Shown here in pieces: positions 59,473 to 64,000 of a DNA stretch of 64,000 bases. Location of the stretch: NCBI GenBank assembly GCA_038878295.1, contig JAVZVY010000001.1:1-64000 (forward strand). The letters run 5' to 3'. Position numbers and translations under genes: made by a program. The notes beneath the pieces were generated by a model. That model ran no database searches. It was not told the DNA's origin and worked only from the letters and a program-made list of their open reading frames with translations. Position 1 is the stretch's first letter. Every line of letters starts with the position of its first letter. The DNA comes from Candidatus Micrarchaeaceae archaeon. GTDB taxonomy: Archaea > Micrarchaeota > Micrarchaeia > Micrarchaeales > CABMGC01.

Positions 59473-60621
59473 TTGTATATAAGAGATCCGCTTCTTGGCA
59501 ACATAATCCTCACAAACTTAGAGAAAGAGATAATTTCGACCAAATACATGCAAAGGCTGAACTACGTAAGGCAGTTAGGTTTTGTTTATCTTGTATATCC
59601 TAGTGCAAACAATTCAAGATTTGAGCATTCCCTAGGCACCATGCAGATAACTAAGGAGATAGCGAAAAATGTTTTTAAAAGAATATCGAGCGACGAGCTT
59701 GAGGAGCTCGCATGCGGAGCACTCTTGCATGATATAGGACACGGCCCTTTCTCACACGTGCTTGATGAAGCTGTAAAAAAATACCTTAAGAAGGACCATG
59801 TCGATATAGGTGAGGAGATTGTAGAGAACACAGAGATTGGGGAGATGATTGAGAAAAAGGGATTGTCAATAAGAGAAGTGGTGCGTAGCATGCATGGCTT
59901 AGGGCGTGGTGGTATAATAGGAGGCAGCCTAGGTTCAGACAGGATAGATTACTTGCTTAGAGATTCTTATCATATTGGCGTTGCATACGGCGTTATAGAT
60001 TATAACAGGATAAAAAACAAGATAGCTTTCGATAAGGAGCCCGTAATATACGAAGAGGCAATAGAGGGAGCAGAATCGATGCTAATAGCGAGGTACTTCA
60101 TGTTTACGTCTGTGTATAATCACCATACCTCTGTTATAGCTAGCGAGATGTTCAAGAAAGCACTTGATGGTGCGATAACCGCGGGCGAGTTTGACCCCAA
60201 GGAGCTGAGCATGCTAACAGATTATCAGCTCATGTACAGGCTTTCGCAATACAAAGAATCAAGGGATATAATAGCAAGAATAAACGAGAGACGCCTTTTC
60301 AAAAGGGTAATCTACAAAGATATAAGTGGAATTAAAAACCCTAAGAGTCTGCTCAATGAAGTTGCAGAAGAACTTGAAAGCGGAGGGATAGGGCAGGAGG
60401 ATTTCGTGACAACGCTAGTAGAATACAAAAGCAATGACAATGACATGCCTGTGATAGACAAGAAAGGCAAGAAGATAGGCATGCTTAGCGAAATGTCACC
60501 GCTTGTAAACACGCTTATAGGCATGCTCAACAATAGAAAGAAGATGCTGGTTGCAAGCTCCCCAGAAACCAGAAAAAAAGCTGAGCGCATAGCCAGCAAG
60601 ATTGTTGATATTTCAAAGTGA
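59473..60621 (+). CDS. HD-domain phosphohydrolase (SAMHD1/dNTPase-like)
   Basis: QRL..VRQLG..LVYP.A..SRFEHSLG, LLHDIGHGPFSH, DRIDYLLRD. Confidence 0.9.
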   Translation: MYIRDPLLGNIILTNLEKEIISTKYMQRLNYVRQLGFVYLVYPSANNSRFEHSLGTMQITKEIAKNVFKRISSDELEELACGALLHDIGHGPFSHVLDEAVKKYLKKDHVDIGEEIVENTEIGEMIEKKGLSIREVVRSMHGLGRGGIIGGSLGSDRIDYLLRDSYHIGVAYGVIDYNRIKNKIAFDKEPVIYEEAIEGAESMLIARYFMFTSVYNHHTSVIASEMFKKALDGAITAGEFDPKELSMLTDYQLMYRLSQYKESRDIIARINERRLFKRVIYKDISGIKNPKSLLNEVAEELESGGIGQEDFVTTLVEYKSNDNDMPVIDKKGKKIGMLSEMSPLVNTLIGMLNNRKKMLVASSPETRKKAERIASKIVDISK

Positions 60622-61365
60622 CTTTTTATAGCTTTTAATCAGAAATTCGCTCTCTTTGCTGTGCGGCATTCTGGAGATTATCCTTTCGAGCATTGTGTCT
60701 TTGCTCAGATTTTTCAGGCATAAGAGTATCATGTTGCTAACCGTAGGTATATAGATTGTATGCATTTCAAATGCTTCTGACAAGTCCTGCTCGAATTTTA
60801 TGAATTGGCTATCAAACGCTGAGCCTATAGCATTTATGGCAAGAACGCCTGAATTTTTTATGGCTTTGTATGATAGGTCTATGAATTCATTTGTTAAGAA
60901 TTTTGATGGGATAGAACTGCCTTCGTAAGCGTCAAGTATTATTATATCGTAGACGCTGCTAACTGAAGCAACGTAGTCATAGCCGTCTTTATTTATGATG
61001 TTGGCGCTTAATTCAGGGTAGAATTGCCTTGCCATTTCTATCACATCTTCGTGCAATTCTACCACATCTATCTCTACGCTGCCTTTTAGAAAATGGTCAA
61101 ATTGGTATGGAATTGTGCCCCCACCAAGGCCTATTATAAGAACCTTTGGCCTTTCAAATGCATATGCTATAGGGAGAAAGTAGTCCCAATAACTGTGCGT
61201 AAAAACAGTACCTTTTCTGATTCTCGAGTATACGTTACCATTATACAGGAATTCTTTCTCTTTTGTTATAATGTTTTCTCTTATCATGATGTTATGATTG
61301 TAGCTGTGGTTTGAAGCTATTATTTTGTAGCCTAGCAGTTGCATCACTTTGTCTTTTATTCCCAT
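60613..61365 (-). CDS. Spermidine-synthase-like SAM-dependent transferase
   Basis: VLIIGLGGG, DVVEL, DG..YV, YDIIILDAY. Confidence 0.8.
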   Translation of the reverse strand: MGIKDKVMQLLGYKIIASNHSYNHNIMIRENIITKEKEFLYNGNVYSRIRKGTVFTHSYWDYFLPIAYAFERPKVLIIGLGGGTIPYQFDHFLKGSVEIDVVELHEDVIEMARQFYPELSANIINKDGYDYVASVSSVYDIIILDAYEGSSIPSKFLTNEFIDLSYKAIKNSGVLAINAIGSAFDSQFIKFEQDLSEAFEMHTIYIPTVSNMILLCLKNLSKDTMLERIISRMPHSKESEFLIKSYKKSL

Positions 61366-61381
61366 ACCATCATTCTGCAGG

Positions 61382-61505
61382 CGCCAGGGTTGGGATTTGA
61401 ACCCAAAATTCCGCGAGGAAACCGGTTTACCTTTTGCATCACTGATCAGCTCTTGAAGCTTTGCAAGCTCAAGACCGGCGCATTACCGGATTCTGCCACC
61501 CTGGC
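61382..61505 (-). tRNA. tRNA-Ser(TGA) with a 40-nt intron at 37/38 (intron 61428-61467)
   Basis: Reverse complement GCCAGGG...CCGGT CT TGA G[intron]A ACCGG, long variable arm TTCC-TCGC-GGAA, GGTTCAAATCC, discriminator G. Confidence 0.9.
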
Positions 61506-61565
61506 ATGGTAAATAAGGTGCAATTAAGATATAAAACTCTAACTAATGCGCAGACATACAAAGAA

Positions 61566-63035
61566 TTAGGATGCCGTAACGTTTGCAGTTGCGTATGCGC
61601 CCTCTTCGCCAATCAGCACAACTTTATAGGTAGCTCCTGGTATTGGAGTTATGATTAAGTGGCCGTTTGCATACTCTATCTTTCCTGAAAATGAAAATGT
61701 TGCCTGGCTTCCTGGTGAAAGCACGTAGCCTACATTTCCCTCAAACATTTGATCAGAGTTGAAAGGTAGTGCAAGCGTGCCGTTAGATTCCACTATGAAG
61801 TTCAGCACGCGCATGTGCTGCTGCTCAAACTTTATCCTTTCTGCGGCCATTTCCTGGAATTTCTCAGAGAACTGGCTGACATTCAGGCCAAGCGCACTGG
61901 CATTCTGCGAAATCAGCTTCCAGTCATTGTATACGTTGCTCCAGTGATCCTCGACTTCGCCAAGGTTGCTGCTGCTGTTGACCATAATGCTGAAGTTCGC
62001 TGCCATGCTGGCATCTTCGCCTCTTAACTTGCCTGCGTATTCAGATATGTAAGCGCTTACGTTCGCCGAGCTGTTTACATCGATGCCATGTTTTTCCGCT
62101 GACTGTATGAGCGCAGATGTGGCGATTGAAACATTTGGAATATTAGCACCGAGCGCGTCAGATATTTCAGAGATGTTAAAGTTGTATGGCTCGCCGGGAT
62201 GAGATTTAAAATTGAAGCCGCCCTGATTGTCTTCGAATGGCTGCATAGGCACGATTATTTTCGAGAGAGCTATTGATTCGTTTCCGAAAAGCATAATGTG
62301 GTTTATCGTTACGCTACTATTCGAACCATCCTTGACGGTTACGGAGAATGAAGTGGTGTTGTTTGCGCCTAAGGAAAGGGATTCTGAAAGTATTGTAAGA
62401 TTTGGTTTTATCTTTTCAATCTCGTGTTTGTACGTCTGAGTAAGCTTATAAACTGTTCCCGGCGCTTTAACAGATACGTTTGCTGATGGCACTACAACAG
62501 CTTTTAATGACGGCACGAGCACAAATATAGTTGAATTTGTCGAATATATTGTTACCACAGTGGGCGAAAGATCCGCAAGCAGGCTCGATGTAGCATTGAC
62601 TTTGCCCTTCGCAATCACGGCATTTACCTGTTGCTTAGGTATGGTTACAGGATAGACTGTGCCATTAATTGCTATGCTCGCAGAGGTTATGTTGAACTGC
62701 ACGATATTTATGCTAGAGTTTATTGGCAGATTGGCTGCACCTATAATCTCGGTAAAGTTTACCAAACGTATTAGGTCTATAGTTCCGGAACTTGAAACAT
62801 TTACCCAACCAGACGCGTTTCCTGCGCCAGTATAGTGGACGCGAAGCGAAGAGTAAGAGATGTTCAAAGAGGTTGTTCCGGTTGGCACGTATGGCGGATC
62901 CGCGAGCTGTATCGGAACAGCGATTAAGGATGAGATTACCGGTTTCGCGGGAGCGCTGGGCTGTGAAACAGCTACGTATACCACTATGCCTATTATTACA
63001 ACAATCGCGATTACGTACCAAATGGCTCTGTTCAT
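61566..63035 (-). CDS. DUF4382-like membrane-anchored surface glycoprotein
   Basis: N-terminal TM, IQLADPP.VP.G..SL.I.YS...VH motif, many sequons. Start placed at ATG 63035. Confidence 0.75.
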   Translation of the reverse strand: MNRAIWYVIAIVVIIGIVVYVAVSQPSAPAKPVISSLIAVPIQLADPPYVPTGTTSLNISYSSLRVHYTGAGNASGWVNVSSSGTIDLIRLVNFTEIIGAANLPINSSINIVQFNITSASIAINGTVYPVTIPKQQVNAVIAKGKVNATSSLLADLSPTVVTIYSTNSTIFVLVPSLKAVVVPSANVSVKAPGTVYKLTQTYKHEIEKIKPNLTILSESLSLGANNTTSFSVTVKDGSNSSVTINHIMLFGNESIALSKIIVPMQPFEDNQGGFNFKSHPGEPYNFNISEISDALGANIPNVSIATSALIQSAEKHGIDVNSSANVSAYISEYAGKLRGEDASMAANFSIMVNSSSNLGEVEDHWSNVYNDWKLISQNASALGLNVSQFSEKFQEMAAERIKFEQQHMRVLNFIVESNGTLALPFNSDQMFEGNVGYVLSPGSQATFSFSGKIEYANGHLIITPIPGATYKVVLIGEEGAYATANVTAS

Positions 63036-63119
63036 CGAATCGATATATTTATGAAAAACATTAATAATGGTTCCGCTTCGCTTCGGCCGAATGGATGGCG
63101 CTCGCAAAGCTGAAAATCT

Positions 63120-63476
63120 TCAGTTGTTAGCATCTTTCGTTCTTTTGAAAAGAATTTCGAAAGAGCTTTTGTTCCCGGCTTCGATGATATTAAATTCCAT
63201 TTTGTAATTATGCATGTTTTCAGCGATGTACCGGATCTCCTCTATGTGTTTATCTACCGGCAGCACGATATTCAGGTTTTTGCTATAGTCCACAATCGGA
63301 TGCAGGGTAAGCATTATGGAACTAGTTTCATATAGGAATTGAAAAGTGGGAGCCTCAGAACTATCAATAGCTTTCTTTATCCTTTCGGCTGTTGCCTCGT
63401 CTATATCGTATTTTAGATATATGTATGCTACTCCGGTGATTTTTTCTTTCTTGAATGTTGCGCCAGCCATGGCCAT
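63120..63476 (-). CDS. Hypothetical protein
   Basis: 118 aa ORF immediately downstream of the 63487-64000 gene on the same strand. Confidence 0.6.
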   Translation of the reverse strand: MAMAGATFKKEKITGVAYIYLKYDIDEATAERIKKAIDSSEAPTFQFLYETSSIMLTLHPIVDYSKNLNIVLPVDKHIEEIRYIAENMHNYKMEFNIIEAGNKSSFEILFKRTKDANN

Positions 63477-63486
63477 TCACAAGTTA

Positions 63487-64000
63487 TCATGATTTAACAT
63501 TATGCACAACATTATTCTGAGTGGTCTTGATCGAGAAGTTTTCTTTTCTGAAAGCAGCGTATAGCGGCTCTTCTAGCTCTCTGTTTCTTTCCAGTGTTGC
63601 TCGCAATATTGGCTTGTACGTGCTTTTGATTGTTTTGTTATTATGCAAATCGATTTCGGTTATTGCAAATCCTCTTGTTGCATCGCTTATCGCTTGCGGA
63701 AATTCAGAGACATACGTGTTTTCGTCTTCATACTGCATTGCCGGAGTTTCAAACGTTTGAAGATCGCCGCTTATAGTATGCTTAGGCTCGTGGTAGTGAG
63801 CCTCAAACACAGCTGCGACAGGCACACGTTTTTGCAGTATCGCTTGCGGCTTTTGTTCGAGTGCTCTGGCAAGTTTATGCTGAACCCTTATTGTATCTTC
63901 ATTATCTATGTTTATGTTGCCTATGCCATAGTCTTCTCCAGTAACAACTATTACTCTGCCTTCACTTACGCCTTTGCCTTTCAGGTAGAGTTTGATTATG
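63487..64000 (-). CDS. Hypothetical protein (partial; 5' end outside window)
   Basis: The frame of the 63487-63825 ORF stays open to the window edge (IIKLYLKGKGVSEGRVIVVTGEDY...). Confidence 0.6.
   Translation of the reverse strand, partial: IIKLYLKGKGVSEGRVIVVTGEDYGIGNINIDNEDTIRVQHKLARALEQKPQAILQKRVPVAAVFEAHYHEPKHTISGDLQTFETPAMQYEDENTYVSEFPQAISDATRGFAITEIDLHNNKTIKSTYKPILRATLERNRELEEPLYAAFRKENFSIKTTQNNVVHNVKS

Noticed and set aside
61382..61505. Reading this tRNA as tRNA-Leu(CAA) or tRNA-Sec
   Set aside because: The CAA triplets lie inside the intron. The anticodon stem CCGGT/ACCGG frames TGA, and G73 with a 7-bp acceptor stem fits Ser.
63760..63810. JAB/MPN metalloprotease motif (HYH...SGD) in the last ORF
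   Set aside because: The spacing does not match HxH-x7-S-x2-D and the gene is truncated by the window.

Overview
Archaeal chromosomal segment. The gene content, the QS(A/T)xEY class III signal peptides and a T-loop tRNA intron point to a DPANN archaeon, probably Micrarchaeota/ARMAN-like (inference). The window is mostly core genome. Replication and chromosome genes: PolB, PolD (DP1/DP2), MCM, RFC large subunit, RNase HII, scpAB. Transcription: the rpoH-B''-B'-A'-A''-Sm operon. Translation and chaperones: pheST, metG, alaS, map, grpE-dnaK-dnaJ. Metabolism: hppA, gdhA, nrdR-nrdJ and a PduO-type cobalamin adenosyltransferase. There are four tRNA genes, two with introns. I saw no CRISPR array, rRNA, integrase or intact transposase. 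The main observations are: (1) the tRNA-Ser(UGA) intron contains a box D/C-like motif whose guide would target the tRNA's own wobble U34; (2) two conserved genes have GCG or ACG where the start codon should be; (3) tandem NrdR boxes, 31 bp apart, lie in an archaeal promoter; (4) RNA polymerase bridge-helix, trigger-loop and B-subunit motifs are strongly altered; (5) two internally deleted IS relics retain their terminal inverted repeats; (6) a tRNA-Arg intron at position 59/60 heads a probable PolD operon; (7) a NifX-like pseudogene and a pilin-like gene are missed by the ORF track.
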